From IMG/VR virus record IMGVR_UViG_3300037418_003103: a stretch of 64,000 nt of DNA. The stretch is one strand, 5' to 3'. This document shows positions 47,370-56,273 of this stretch, piece after piece. The notes beneath the pieces were generated by a model that worked only from the letters and a program-made list of their open reading frames with translations, was not told the origin of the DNA and made no database searches. This stretch comes from a virus (taxonomy: Duplodnaviria > Heunggongvirae > Uroviricota > Caudoviricetes). The position numbers were made by a program, and so were the translations under genes. Position 1 is the first letter of the stretch. Each line of letters opens with the position of its first letter.

Positions 47370-47997
47370 ACTTATCGTAACCCACCTTGCATTTAATTCG
47401 TTTCATTACCTGAGCAAAATTATCATACTCATAAATGTTATTCTTTAATATTGTAAATGTCAGATCATTGAACCATGGCTTATCATTTCCACCATGAGTG
47501 TAGTATGAATTAACCACCTTGTACTTATCCATGTTATTATCGAATTCATTCTGAAGCAATTCAATCAAACTGCCATGAGAATTGATGAAGAAATTAATAT
47601 CCATAAAGTATGAAAAAACGTTTGCAATTGCATACCTAAACTGATCAATGTCTTCAAACAGCGAATCAATAATAATATTTTTAATTTGTCTATCTTCAAT
47701 TAATTCTTTTAATTCAGACAGTTGAGCAGGATGTAAACTGGTGTACTCTTTATGCTGCATTCGTTTAAGATTATTAAGTCTTTTTATTTCGTTCTGCAGA
47801 TCTAATAAGGTATCAGGAACTTTTATATCGTTTTCTAGAATCGCGGTGCCATTGGTTAGAGAGTTTGTGAATGTTAATAACCTTCTATCAAAGACAGGCG
47901 TATATCCCTGAGAAATTAATTCTTCCTCTTTATTTTTGCGGCCTAAGTACATTTCAAATGTGTAAACTTGTCCATCTTTATAAAACTCTTTCCACAT
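47269..47997 (-). CDS. hypothetical protein
   Basis: 242-aa ORF; degenerate promoter motif 48010-48045 upstream. Confidence 0.55.
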   Translation of the reverse strand: MWKEFYKDGQVYTFEMYLGRKNKEEELISQGYTPVFDRRLLTFTNSLTNGTAILENDIKVPDTLLDLQNEIKRLNNLKRMQHKEYTSLHPAQLSELKELIEDRQIKNIIIDSLFEDIDQFRYAIANVFSYFMDINFFINSHGSLIELLQNEFDNNMDKYKVVNSYYTHGGNDKPWFNDLTFTILKNNIYEYDNFAQVMKRIKCKVGYDKCEAVYDGKYKWMRGSYKTDDTDIIPSEPKSIWK

Positions 47998-48109
47998 GGG
48001 CTATTATTTATTTCGCAAAAATAAGAATAATTTTTCAATATTCCAATTTTATTTCAATAATACTTTTTATTATCTTTGTAAGATATTTATATAAGTAAAT
48101 CATACTACC

Positions 48110-48454
48110 ATGGGATTTAAAAAACAAATTATTAATGAGCTTAGAAATATTACTAAACAACTAATAAAAGAGAATGATGCTTTATATAGCAAGGCCAGGA
48201 CTCTATTTATGCTTAATCAAAACAAATTAGGCTATACCCCTGAATTTGAACGCCTACATGGAGAGTTGTCCAATGGATTAAACGGTGATATTGATCTGGC
48301 ATTGAGGCACTTCAATACTGCAGAAGAATTCGCTGATTACATCGCTAATAAAAGAGAAAAAACAGGCGAATATGTTTGGCCAACCAGTAGAAGAAATGAT
48401 AAATCTGACGCTGAGCTAACTGACTGGATGGGTGAGAGAAAAAGAGGACTATAA
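48110..48454 (+). CDS. hypothetical protein (lone plus-strand gene)
   Basis: 114-aa ORF convergent with 48449-48781. Confidence 0.45.
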   Translation: MGFKKQIINELRNITKQLIKENDALYSKARTLFMLNQNKLGYTPEFERLHGELSNGLNGDIDLALRHFNTAEEFADYIANKREKTGEYVWPTSRRNDKSDAELTDWMGERKRGL

Positions 48455-48781
48455 CTTTTTGTATTTTACATCTCCAGACATGGTAGCAATACTGCCAGAT
48501 ACATTATTACAATCAACATCTCCTGACATGGTGGAAATACTGCCGTTTACGTCGCCTGATACATCTACATCACCGCTTAATGTTTTTACATTTCCAACCT
48601 TTCCTTTTACCTGAACTTTGTCACAGGAGTCTACTTCAAGTTTATCAATATTGCCGTTTACTACAATATTTATTTCTTTTATTTCTGGCGTAAAATCTTT
48701 ACCATTAACAAAAACTTTACCGTTTGAAACAACGACATTGTTACCTGAAATACTTACTCCATTTATTGTTATTGTACTCAT
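48449..48781 (-). CDS. bactofilin-like beta-helix repeat protein
   Basis: 110-aa ORF with iterated SGDV/NG repeats (VSISGNNVVVSNGKVFVNGK...SGDVDVSGDVNGSISTMSGDVD); underlying about 26-nt DNA tandem repeat. Confidence 0.45.
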   Translation of the reverse strand: MSTITINGVSISGNNVVVSNGKVFVNGKDFTPEIKEINIVVNGNIDKLEVDSCDKVQVKGKVGNVKTLSGDVDVSGDVNGSISTMSGDVDCNNVSGSIATMSGDVKYKKL

Positions 48782-48805
48782 TATTTAGTTTTGTTCTTTT
48801 TAGTA

Positions 48806-49129
48806 TTATATTAATATTAAAAAGGTTTGTGCTCTTTTTTTGGCATCTTCGAATTCTACCTCGTTGCATTTATACTTATCTTTAATATAACAGGTGTAGC
48901 CAGAATTTTTAATAGAAAAAAAGGAATTCTTGCTTATCTCATAAGATGTCTCATAAGATGTTTCGTTGTCATCGTACCTTACTTGGATTTCTGTGCACTT
49001 GTCTTCATCCAAGCGGCCATACAGAAAAGTCTCACCATCGTCATCAGAAAGATCTTGTTTATAATAGTAAGGTAGTTCAAACTCAATTATTTTAGATTGT
49101 TTAACTAGTTCTTCAATTTCTATCTGCAT
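48806..49129 (-). CDS. hypothetical protein
   Basis: 107-aa ORF. Confidence 0.45.
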   Translation of the reverse strand: MQIEIEELVKQSKIIEFELPYYYKQDLSDDDGETFLYGRLDEDKCTEIQVRYDDNETSYETSYEISKNSFFSIKNSGYTCYIKDKYKCNEVEFEDAKKRAQTFLILI

Positions 49130-49452
49130 ATCTGATTCTTTTTGTATTCGTATTCTTTTTTATATTTGTTGAAATCCTTTGAATCAAGAAATTTTTTAAT
49201 TTTCTCAGCTCTTATTTGATCATTCACAGGAAAAAGATGATTAAGCATAATTAAATGCATCTCTACATCAACAATTTCTTCCTCAATATCTCCTTCCGTA
49301 ATAGACTCTGGTTTATTTAAGTGCTGAAGTAACTTAACGCTTAGTTCACCTAGTTCCTCAAGTGCCTTAGTTATATTCAGATAATCTGGTTTAGTATCTA
49401 TTAGAATATTAATAGCTTCATTAAATTCCTTCGTCATCCAATTGGCCATCAA
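49120..49452 (-). CDS. hypothetical protein
   Basis: 110-aa ORF. Confidence 0.45.
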   Translation of the reverse strand: MMANWMTKEFNEAINILIDTKPDYLNITKALEELGELSVKLLQHLNKPESITEGDIEEEIVDVEMHLIMLNHLFPVNDQIRAEKIKKFLDSKDFNKYKKEYEYKKNQICR

Positions 49453-49750
49453 TTATTTTTTTTTCTATTAAATTATCTATTTGCGCCGCTATAAGCGCTC
49501 CAGCTTTAGCCAGTTCTTTAATTCTGTTGTCTGGTGATGGTTTCCACCATTCCTTGGCCCAGGGCCAAATCAAAGGCGCTTCATTACTCTGTAAGTGTTC
49601 TCTAGAAGCTTCTGCTAAGGCATAACAACCTCCTGCAATTGCAAGTTCATTCGAAACCTCGTACAATTCGTGGTCCCTTTCAATAGTAAAACCTTCTTCA
49701 TTGATTTGCCTCTCCCGTTCTTCGGCAATAATTTCAATTCCTGTCTTCAT
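49421..49750 (-). CDS. hypothetical protein
   Basis: 109-aa ORF. Confidence 0.45.
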   Translation of the reverse strand: MKTGIEIIAEERERQINEEGFTIERDHELYEVSNELAIAGGCYALAEASREHLQSNEAPLIWPWAKEWWKPSPDNRIKELAKAGALIAAQIDNLIEKKIIDGQLDDEGI

Positions 49751-49770
49751 AGTTAGTTATTGGTTTTTAT

Positions 49771-49916
49771 AAAACAGGCAGCATTGCCACAGGTTCGACC
49801 CTGTCAGGGTTTGATTGCTTTAGAACAGAAAAACATGCTTTAGAGGGCTTGTGGCATACAGAAATGTACGCCTTTTCTGTTTTCTTAGTGCCAAAGATAT
49901 AATCCCTTATTGAAGC
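49771..49916 (-). terminator. nested inverted-repeat structure (candidate terminator or structured RNA)
   Basis: 12-bp AAAACAGGCAGC/GCTGCCTGTTTT enclosing a 9-bp AACAGAAAA/TTTTCTGTT stem and a T-arm-like hairpin ACAGG-TTCGACC-CCTGT; on the minus strand the outer stem is followed by UUUUAUAAAAA. Confidence 0.35.
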
Positions 49917-49940
49917 TGCCTGTTTTATTTTTAAAAAGTG

Positions 49941-51974
49941 TTATAGGTAACTTGAAACGCTCTCTAGTGTTGTATTTTCATCGAATACCAAGTCAGCCTC
50001 CTCAACGGATTCAACTACTTCACCTGATATCGCGTTTAAGATATGGCCCTGATTAATCTTATCCCATTTAATGCTTGAATCTCCTGAGTCAAGAGTAACA
50101 AAGGTTTTTAAGAAACTCCTCATTTTAATAGCATCAGACTTATTAGACACCATCGCAGAACCCATGGCCATGTCAAGAAATACAAGACTTCTAGTAGGAA
50201 TATGTAGAGCCTGTAAGTAAGCCGTTTCTCCTTCATTTTCAAGAACCATTGCGTGTTCAACAGTTTCAGGTAACCAATGAGAATTAGCCTCTGGATATTT
50301 TCTAAGCATCCAGCCAACCTTTGTCTTTGGTTTAAATTTACTGTAACTTGAAGGACCTCTGAATATTCTAGCTTCGGTTATCACCCATTCGGTATTTTTA
50401 GGCAACTTACCGACCTCTATGTCAAGGTATTCAGCATTTTGAGATGAATGCCCTGTATTATCTCCAGAGTAAACAATTGCAGACCCCATGTGATGGCTGC
50501 CATTCCAGCCAACCTTTACAAAGTTATTATCACTTCCCAGCACAAGTGCAGATAAATCAATATCATGCCTACCATGCCAATGAACATACATCCTGATAGT
50601 CTTTCCCTCAGGTATAACCTCAACAGTGCCTTTAACTTTCCCATCAAGTGACAAAGACGACGCTCTATTATTCATCCCCAGAGGTCTGTAGTATAGCGCT
50701 CTATCAATGAATACCTTCTTATTTTTAAGATCATCACGTTTCATACTTCTTACTCGATCAAGAATTAAAGTTTTAATCTCATTCACAAGATTTGCATCAA
50801 GAGGCACAAGTGAGTCATAAGTAACAACATTTGATTTAGAAGCAGAAGCAAGAATCGCTCCTCGGCCTTCCTGTTCTTTATCTCTGTCAGTAAAGTGATT
50901 ATAAGCCGTCGCTAATGAAGATAGACTTTCATTTCCATCAAGCCATACATTAATAGCTTTAATACCGAACACCCTTACACAATGGTCAAGCCTACGTGTG
51001 AACGCGCCTGGTCTTTTCTTAAGAAGTTCCAATACACTTGCGTCATTTTTACCCAACAGTTCTTCAACTCTTGAATTGAATGTGCGTAATTCCTTAGGTT
51101 TATTTCTAAGAAGATTAGCATATTTAAAGAGGTTAGGATAGCGTTTTGCATTATCCTTTGTTAAGGGATTAAGATAGAATAATAGTCTAAGAAATTTCTC
51201 GCGATACACCTTGAACGCTTCTTCCAAATTATAGGAAGCATCAAGAGTCGCTGAAAGAACCTTAACGTGTCTCCTGGTAGGTTTTTTAAATTTGGTATTC
51301 TCCTTCAGACCTTCATCTCCACCAGAGAAAGCAGAATAGATTCTGAGCACACTAACCGCATCTCTGGTAGGAAGTACGTTAATGCTTTCGTCATTAAGAA
51401 GTCTCTTACCAACGTAAGCAGCAGTCTCCTTAAATTTAATATCAGAAAAATTGAACTTCACACCTTCGTGAATAAAGTCATCAATAATTTGTTTATCAAA
51501 CTTGCTGATAGAAGTTGTAGATGAAAGAATATCCGTAAAGATGCTATCAAACTGAGATTTTGAGAGAAGGCTTATATTTTTGTATTTTACAGGTTCAAGC
51601 TTAAATTCTCTTTCCAGATAGCCAGCGTCCTCAGGCCTCCAATTACCAAAACTCCAATAATGCAGTATTGCGTTTACGGCAAACTCAAGGTATGACATAG
51701 CAAGTACAGACTGAGGGAAATTACGATAAATGGGTTCAAATTTACTACCATCACCCAGGACCTTTTGAATGCCCTTCATAAGGTCATTATAAACTTCGGT
51801 AAGTGTTTCTTCACTTTGAACACTAAGGCGATCAAATAAATCTTTTGTCACCACGTAGCCATACTTCATTAATTCGTGATTAATTTGGTGCGCTAGTGCT
51901 TCATTGTTGTTATCTGAGCTAGGCAGCTCCAGATATAATCCCTTTCTCTTTTGGAAGGAAATGAAATGCTTCAT
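49941..51974 (-). CDS. large protein with C-terminal TerD-like domain
   Basis: 677-aa ORF; VKVGWNGSHHMGSAIVYSGDNTGHSSQNAEYLDIEVGKLPKNTEWVITEARIF matches the TerD GDN..G / E.i.vdL signature. Confidence 0.55.
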   Translation of the reverse strand: MKHFISFQKRKGLYLELPSSDNNNEALAHQINHELMKYGYVVTKDLFDRLSVQSEETLTEVYNDLMKGIQKVLGDGSKFEPIYRNFPQSVLAMSYLEFAVNAILHYWSFGNWRPEDAGYLEREFKLEPVKYKNISLLSKSQFDSIFTDILSSTTSISKFDKQIIDDFIHEGVKFNFSDIKFKETAAYVGKRLLNDESINVLPTRDAVSVLRIYSAFSGGDEGLKENTKFKKPTRRHVKVLSATLDASYNLEEAFKVYREKFLRLLFYLNPLTKDNAKRYPNLFKYANLLRNKPKELRTFNSRVEELLGKNDASVLELLKKRPGAFTRRLDHCVRVFGIKAINVWLDGNESLSSLATAYNHFTDRDKEQEGRGAILASASKSNVVTYDSLVPLDANLVNEIKTLILDRVRSMKRDDLKNKKVFIDRALYYRPLGMNNRASSLSLDGKVKGTVEVIPEGKTIRMYVHWHGRHDIDLSALVLGSDNNFVKVGWNGSHHMGSAIVYSGDNTGHSSQNAEYLDIEVGKLPKNTEWVITEARIFRGPSSYSKFKPKTKVGWMLRKYPEANSHWLPETVEHAMVLENEGETAYLQALHIPTRSLVFLDMAMGSAMVSNKSDAIKMRSFLKTFVTLDSGDSSIKWDKINQGHILNAISGEVVESVEEADLVFDENTTLESVSSYL

Positions 51975-51988
51975 ATATAAAAATTTAG

Positions 51989-52110
51989 TGGGGAAGGGTG
52001 GAATCGAACCACCGACGCGGCCATTAAAAGTGGAGTAAGTTAAAATATGTTATCACAGAGATAAAATCATCTCAACTAATTACCTGCTCTACCAACTGAG
52101 CTACTTCCCC
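51989..52110 (-). tRNA. tRNA-Lys(TTT) interrupted by a 49-nt insertion (52034-52082) in the 5' strand of the anticodon stem
   Basis: acceptor GGGGAAG/CTTCCCC, D-arm GCTC-AGTTGGTA-GAGC, T-arm GGTGG-TTCGATT-CCACC; removing the insert gives a canonical 73-nt tRNA with anticodon stem GGCCA/TGGCC and loop CTTTTAA. Confidence 0.65.
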
Positions 52111-52134
52111 GAAAAAAAAAAGCTATATAATCAA

Positions 52135-52183
52135 ATGAAGTGTGTTTTTTATCAATTAAAGTAACTTCATTTATGTTACAGCT
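52135..52183. repeat. hairpin element copy 1 (ATGAAGT...ACTTCAT, conserved loop TTTTTATCAATTAAAGT)
   Basis: 7-bp stem; paralogue at 52286-52340 has compensatory stem changes. Confidence 0.45.
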
Positions 52184-52285
52184 TAAAGAACTAAAACATT
52201 AATAATCTGCTGGAGTATGTTTTCAAATAAAGGTTGTAGTAACTCCAACAATGTTCAATGTTTATTATATTAAAAGTGATAATCA

Positions 52286-52340
52286 GACGAAGTGGTTGTT
52301 TTTATCAATTAAAGTTTAGTAACTTCGTCTATGTTCACTC
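52286..52340. repeat. hairpin element copy 2 (GACGAAGT...ACTTCGTC)
   Basis: 8-bp stem; same conserved loop core. Confidence 0.45.
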
Positions 52341-52415
52341 TTGTTTTTTATTATGATGCAAATATACCAAATATTTTTTAAATAACCAACTTATTTTTAT
52401 TTTTTATTTACATTT

Positions 52416-53066
52416 TTAGTAACCATAAAAAATCATAACTTTTCGTTTCCAGTCAAATGATTTATAAATTCTAATAAGTTCAAAAATGCTATATTCGTAC
52501 TTCCAGCTTGCTGTTACGCTTTCTCCTTTTTTTAAATTGTAAGGCTCTAATAAAGTCCATTCTGTTCTCATGTCTCTTACATGCTGTATGATTTTAAATA
52601 AATTATTTTGTTCTTCTTGTGTTATTTTAGTAAAATCAAATGTTATATTATTTTCAGGATAACTATAATTTGTTTTTATAGATTTCAAAAAATCGCATGG
52701 ATTATATATCTCAGAAACGCCAAAAAAAGGATTCATCATGTTATTATAATAATCGCAAATTCTTTTTTTATACGTTTCAATTACATACTCAACAAATTCT
52801 GCTGTGACTATATTGAAATCATGTTCCGCAGTAAAATACTTATTTAATTCTTTGTTTTTAAAAAAAGTTTTTAATGATTTTTTAGGTGGGTTAAATTCTG
52901 TATACTTGCCAAATTCATATAATTCTTCACCAAAATCATAAACGCCCATCCCAATATATCCTTCGTCTTCAAGTTTATAATGCTCAATCAATTGTTCTCT
53001 GCTCATTGATTTTATTTTATTGTAGTCTTTTTTTAGCATCGAACCAATATATGTCCTATATCCCAT
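52416..53066 (-). CDS. hypothetical protein
   Basis: 216-aa ORF; promoter copy 53118-53160. Confidence 0.55.
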   Translation of the reverse strand: MGYRTYIGSMLKKDYNKIKSMSREQLIEHYKLEDEGYIGMGVYDFGEELYEFGKYTEFNPPKKSLKTFFKNKELNKYFTAEHDFNIVTAEFVEYVIETYKKRICDYYNNMMNPFFGVSEIYNPCDFLKSIKTNYSYPENNITFDFTKITQEEQNNLFKIIQHVRDMRTEWTLLEPYNLKKGESVTASWKYEYSIFELIRIYKSFDWKRKVMIFYGY

Positions 53067-53117
53067 TTTTTTATTTGTTTACAAGATCCTCCAGATAATT
53101 TACATGTTTATTTAAGG

Positions 53118-53160
53118 AGTGCAAATATATGATTAATATTTAAATAGCCAAAATTATTTA
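53118..53160 (-). promoter_or_regulatory. conserved phage promoter motif copy
   Basis: gtgcaaatatatgattaatatttaaatagccaaaatt. Confidence 0.45.
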
Positions 53161-53390
53161 ATAATAATTTCTCCCTGCCATACACCCCAGGGCTCCCTAA
53201 AGTACTTGATGCGCGTTGTAGTGTCTTCGGTAAGCACCCACATATCATTAGACTTATCCCAGTCAATATTTAATAAAATTTCATTTGGTTTCAGCTTAAG
53301 CTTTTCGGTTCCACCATATTGTCTTGCTCTTTGGTTGTCTGTGCAACTACCTAGTATAAATACAGATAAGACTATTAGTAATTTTTTCAT
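53154..53390 (-). CDS. putative lipoprotein
   Basis: MKKLLIVLSVFILGSC signal peptide and lipobox. Confidence 0.5.
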   Translation of the reverse strand: MKKLLIVLSVFILGSCTDNQRARQYGGTEKLKLKPNEILLNIDWDKSNDMWVLTEDTTTRIKYFREPWGVWQGEIIIK

Positions 53391-53410
53391 GTTTTATTTT
53401 TTAAATTATA

Positions 53411-53896
53411 TTAAAGAACATTTTGCAAGTACTCACCACTTTTCAAGATAATGTGTTTGCAATAAGATTGTTCTTTAAGCTCATTTATCCAAGTGTCCCA
53501 ATATTTCATAAATGCGCCTATAAAATCATAAGGACTGCCTCTTTTAATGTATCTATCAAGATATTCGTTTCTTAATTCGTTTTCAGGATAAACAAGAAGT
53601 ATGTCAAAGCCTTCCTTATATATCAATTTCAAACCATCTGGATCTGTACTAATAAAAATATAATCAACCTTTCCAATATGCTTTTTTATATCTTCAATAT
53701 AGTCTTTATTTGATTCATTATCCTTGTATTTCCAGTACTCAATCTCAATTGAATTTCCACCGCTTTGTTCACAAATATATGTCTTACCTGAGCCAGGGAA
53801 AGCCGCGCATAATACAGTATTATGACTATCTAACTTATGCTGAAAAAGATGTGTAGAATTTTGATACGAGCTTGTGTCTTTTAATTGTTCTTTCAT
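53411..53896 (-). CDS. P-loop NTPase / putative nucleotide kinase
   Basis: Walker A AFPGSGKTY; 161 aa, kinase-sized. Confidence 0.5.
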   Translation of the reverse strand: MKEQLKDTSSYQNSTHLFQHKLDSHNTVLCAAFPGSGKTYICEQSGGNSIEIEYWKYKDNESNKDYIEDIKKHIGKVDYIFISTDPDGLKLIYKEGFDILLVYPENELRNEYLDRYIKRGSPYDFIGAFMKYWDTWINELKEQSYCKHIILKSGEYLQNVL

Positions 53897-53936
53897 TTTA
53901 TTATTTTAAATTCTTAAACATTATACACAATACTTA

Positions 53937-54218
53937 CTATACAACGTTCAAAGTTTTATCAGCCAATTCATACATCTTCAATTCATGATCAGTCAATTCA
54001 TTTAATTCTACTTTAATAGGAGTTGTGGTGAGACTCCATGTATTAGATTTCAAAATCTCACCGTGCTGCGTAAAATCATTTAGTGGGAACCACACCAATT
54101 GGTAGTTGTCGACATACATGACTTTTGCTCTATTTTTTAATCTTATATCCTCCCGTCCATGATCACCATCTGTAAAAATATCTCCCGCTTTTACGACCTG
54201 ACCATCTTTATATTTCAT
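53937..54218 (-). CDS. hypothetical protein
   Basis: 93-aa ORF. Confidence 0.45.
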   Translation of the reverse strand: MKYKDGQVVKAGDIFTDGDHGREDIRLKNRAKVMYVDNYQLVWFPLNDFTQHGEILKSNTWSLTTTPIKVELNELTDHELKMYELADKTLNVV

Positions 54219-54262
54219 AAGTTTATTTAATTATATTTTACACGCTATCGATGCTTAAAACA

Positions 54263-54625
54263 TTACTCTAATTTAGTTTTATTGAAAAGTACAAATCCCA
54301 TTGACAACTTGGCACATCCGAGATCAGAAACCACCAACGAATGCGCTTGTATATCGGGTCTGAATAATGTAAATCTCTTGTTCATATACTTTACCAAGCC
54401 GTTTTTTACTATGATAAAAGTGGATTTTCCTTTAAGAACTATATTAAGTCTCCAATGCTTTCCGTTTTCAACAGGATCTGTGTGAGTAGGCAATCTTGTA
54501 TTGCCTTCATATTTAAGAATATAGGCATCAAGACCAATCCTGCCAAGTCTGAAGTACCACAGTGGCATCTTCATGTACTTGCTACCAACTTGTCTACCGC
54601 CTTGCCATTTAAATAATTGCATCAA
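54263..54625 (-). CDS. hypothetical protein
   Basis: 120-aa ORF. Confidence 0.5.
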   Translation of the reverse strand: MMQLFKWQGGRQVGSKYMKMPLWYFRLGRIGLDAYILKYEGNTRLPTHTDPVENGKHWRLNIVLKGKSTFIIVKNGLVKYMNKRFTLFRPDIQAHSLVVSDLGCAKLSMGFVLFNKTKLE

Positions 54626-54903
54626 TCCTTAAGTTTTATTTGAAAATACCTAGTGTTTGGCTGATCCTCTACTACTTCAAGATTAACCTGATGTCTCTCT
54701 ATCTCAGCCTTAACTCTTTCCATGGTAACTGTTTTTCTTATTAATGAACTGGATGAGCAATTTATACCTATGACTTCACCGTTACTCATATCACTTTTTA
54801 AATTATATCCAAAGAATACGAAACTCTTTATAGCGTCGTGAATCTTATTTAATTCGTTGTGAAAATTATTCATGCGTTTTAATTTTTTTGAAGTGACAAA
54901 CAA
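54622..54903 (-). CDS. hypothetical protein
   Basis: 93-aa ORF. Confidence 0.45.
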   Translation of the reverse strand: MFVTSKKLKRMNNFHNELNKIHDAIKSFVFFGYNLKSDMSNGEVIGINCSSSSLIRKTVTMERVKAEIERHQVNLEVVEDQPNTRYFQIKLKD

Positions 54904-55076
54904 ATTATTGCTGTTGCAATTATACCTCCTATGAATAAAGGCGCAAATAAATGCCAGCCAAAAATTAAAGAGGCCGCACCATCCACAATTGCTGATATAA
55001 TTAAGTAAGCTACAAACACGCCAAATTTAGTTTTAAAGCAATCTGTAAGGCCACTTGTCATATATTTATTGTTCAT
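54879..55076 (-). CDS. small membrane protein
   Basis: 65-aa ORF, two hydrophobic segments. Confidence 0.4.
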   Translation of the reverse strand: MNNKYMTSGLTDCFKTKFGVFVAYLIISAIVDGAASLIFGWHLFAPLFIGGIIATAIICLSLQKN

Positions 55077-55276
55077 TATCTTATTAATTTTATGTTAATT
55101 AAAGGATATTCTTCACCAATAAGTAAAATCCTATCTATAACTATACATTCAAAATCGTTGACCTTTAGTTTATCACCTACCAGAGGATAAAACGGCAATT
55201 CAATAACCTGATTATTAATATTAGAAGATGATAAATAATATTCTTCTTCATGTTGAACCTTAACGTAAACCATCAA
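55076..55276 (-). CDS. hypothetical protein
   Basis: 66-aa ORF. Confidence 0.35.
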   Translation of the reverse strand: MMVYVKVQHEEEYYLSSSNINNQVIELPFYPLVGDKLKVNDFECIVIDRILLIGEEYPLINIKLIR

Positions 55277-55763
55277 ATAAATTTTTATATTTTGTTAATG
55301 TAACCTCTTCACAATCCTCAGGTACAATTATATTCCATTTATCATTAATTGAAAAGCCAAAATATTCATCATTATACGCGAATCCTATGTGGGTCATAAA
55401 CGTCCAATCTTCCGAATCAAAGCCAATACACTCATTTAATTCTTCCATAGAAACTAATGGAAGATTATCAATCTCTTTTTGTATTTCCTTACCAGCTTTT
55501 ACATTAAGACGTGGCATCCACTCGTCTTCAGAGTTATTTACTTTTTTCCAAATCTTTTCATCTGGAGCGTTTTCAAAAACGCATGCCGAAATTCCACCCC
55601 AGACAGAAATATGACTTGGCCTATAAATTTTAAAATTATATTTATTTCCAAAATCTTTTTGAGCCGTGGTAGCCACATTTATTCGATGCTCAAGCGCTTG
55701 AAACTTAAGTCCTGTTGATGTATTTCTTTCAGTAATAAAATAATGTGTTCCTTCCGTAGTCAT
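55260..55763 (-). CDS. hypothetical protein
   Basis: 167-aa ORF. Confidence 0.55.
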   Translation of the reverse strand: MTTEGTHYFITERNTSTGLKFQALEHRINVATTAQKDFGNKYNFKIYRPSHISVWGGISACVFENAPDEKIWKKVNNSEDEWMPRLNVKAGKEIQKEIDNLPLVSMEELNECIGFDSEDWTFMTHIGFAYNDEYFGFSINDKWNIIVPEDCEEVTLTKYKNLFDGLR

Positions 55764-56002
55764 CTTATGATAGTTTTATGAGATATATAATAAACAAGTG
55801 TGTCTTTAAAAATTAATTTAGTACAAGTATTGCTGTTAGCTTTAATCTGTTTATCTATTATATTCTGAATAGTATCAATAGTGACGTCAAAGCCTGCCTC
55901 AGCACCTTTTTCCCATCCTATCGTATAAGTGCTAGAAATTATAGCCAATATAGCAAATATACCTGAAATTATATAATAAACATAATTTTTTTTAAATTTC
56001 AT
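55760..56002 (-). CDS. small membrane protein
   Basis: 80-aa ORF with N-terminal TM. Confidence 0.4.
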   Translation of the reverse strand: MKFKKNYVYYIISGIFAILAIISSTYTIGWEKGAEAGFDVTIDTIQNIIDKQIKANSNTCTKLIFKDTLVYYISHKTIIR

Positions 56003-56006
56003 TATC

Positions 56007-56258
56007 TTAATTTTTTATTATCTCATTCAATTTAATATGTAATTCTTCTATTTTTTCTGAATTAATCTTATGCGTCTCCTCCCATACCTTCCAAAGCATT
56101 AGTGTGAGCTTCTCTACCAATTCCATATGTCCATATTTTCTTATGTGTTCTATCAGTAGTTGTTCATCAAAACCACCGTCTATTTTATCCATATGATACA
56201 TGCCTGTTTCTGTATCTGTAATAATACTAATGCTTCCTAATTCTTTTCTTTCAGCCAT
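56007..56258 (-). CDS. hypothetical protein
   Basis: 83-aa ORF. Confidence 0.45.
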   Translation of the reverse strand: MAERKELGSISIITDTETGMYHMDKIDGGFDEQLLIEHIRKYGHMELVEKLTLMLWKVWEETHKINSEKIEELHIKLNEIIKN

Positions 56259-56273
56259 TTTAAAATAAAAATA

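Noticed and set aside
48432-48614. 60-aa plus ORF with SPDM repeats.
   Set aside because: It is the antisense frame of the SGDV-repeat gene, an artefact of the DNA tandem repeat.
49785-49805. GGTTCGACC hairpin as the 3' part of a plus-strand tRNA.
   Set aside because: No matching D-arm or acceptor 5' strand upstream; it fits better as part of the nested terminator-like structure.
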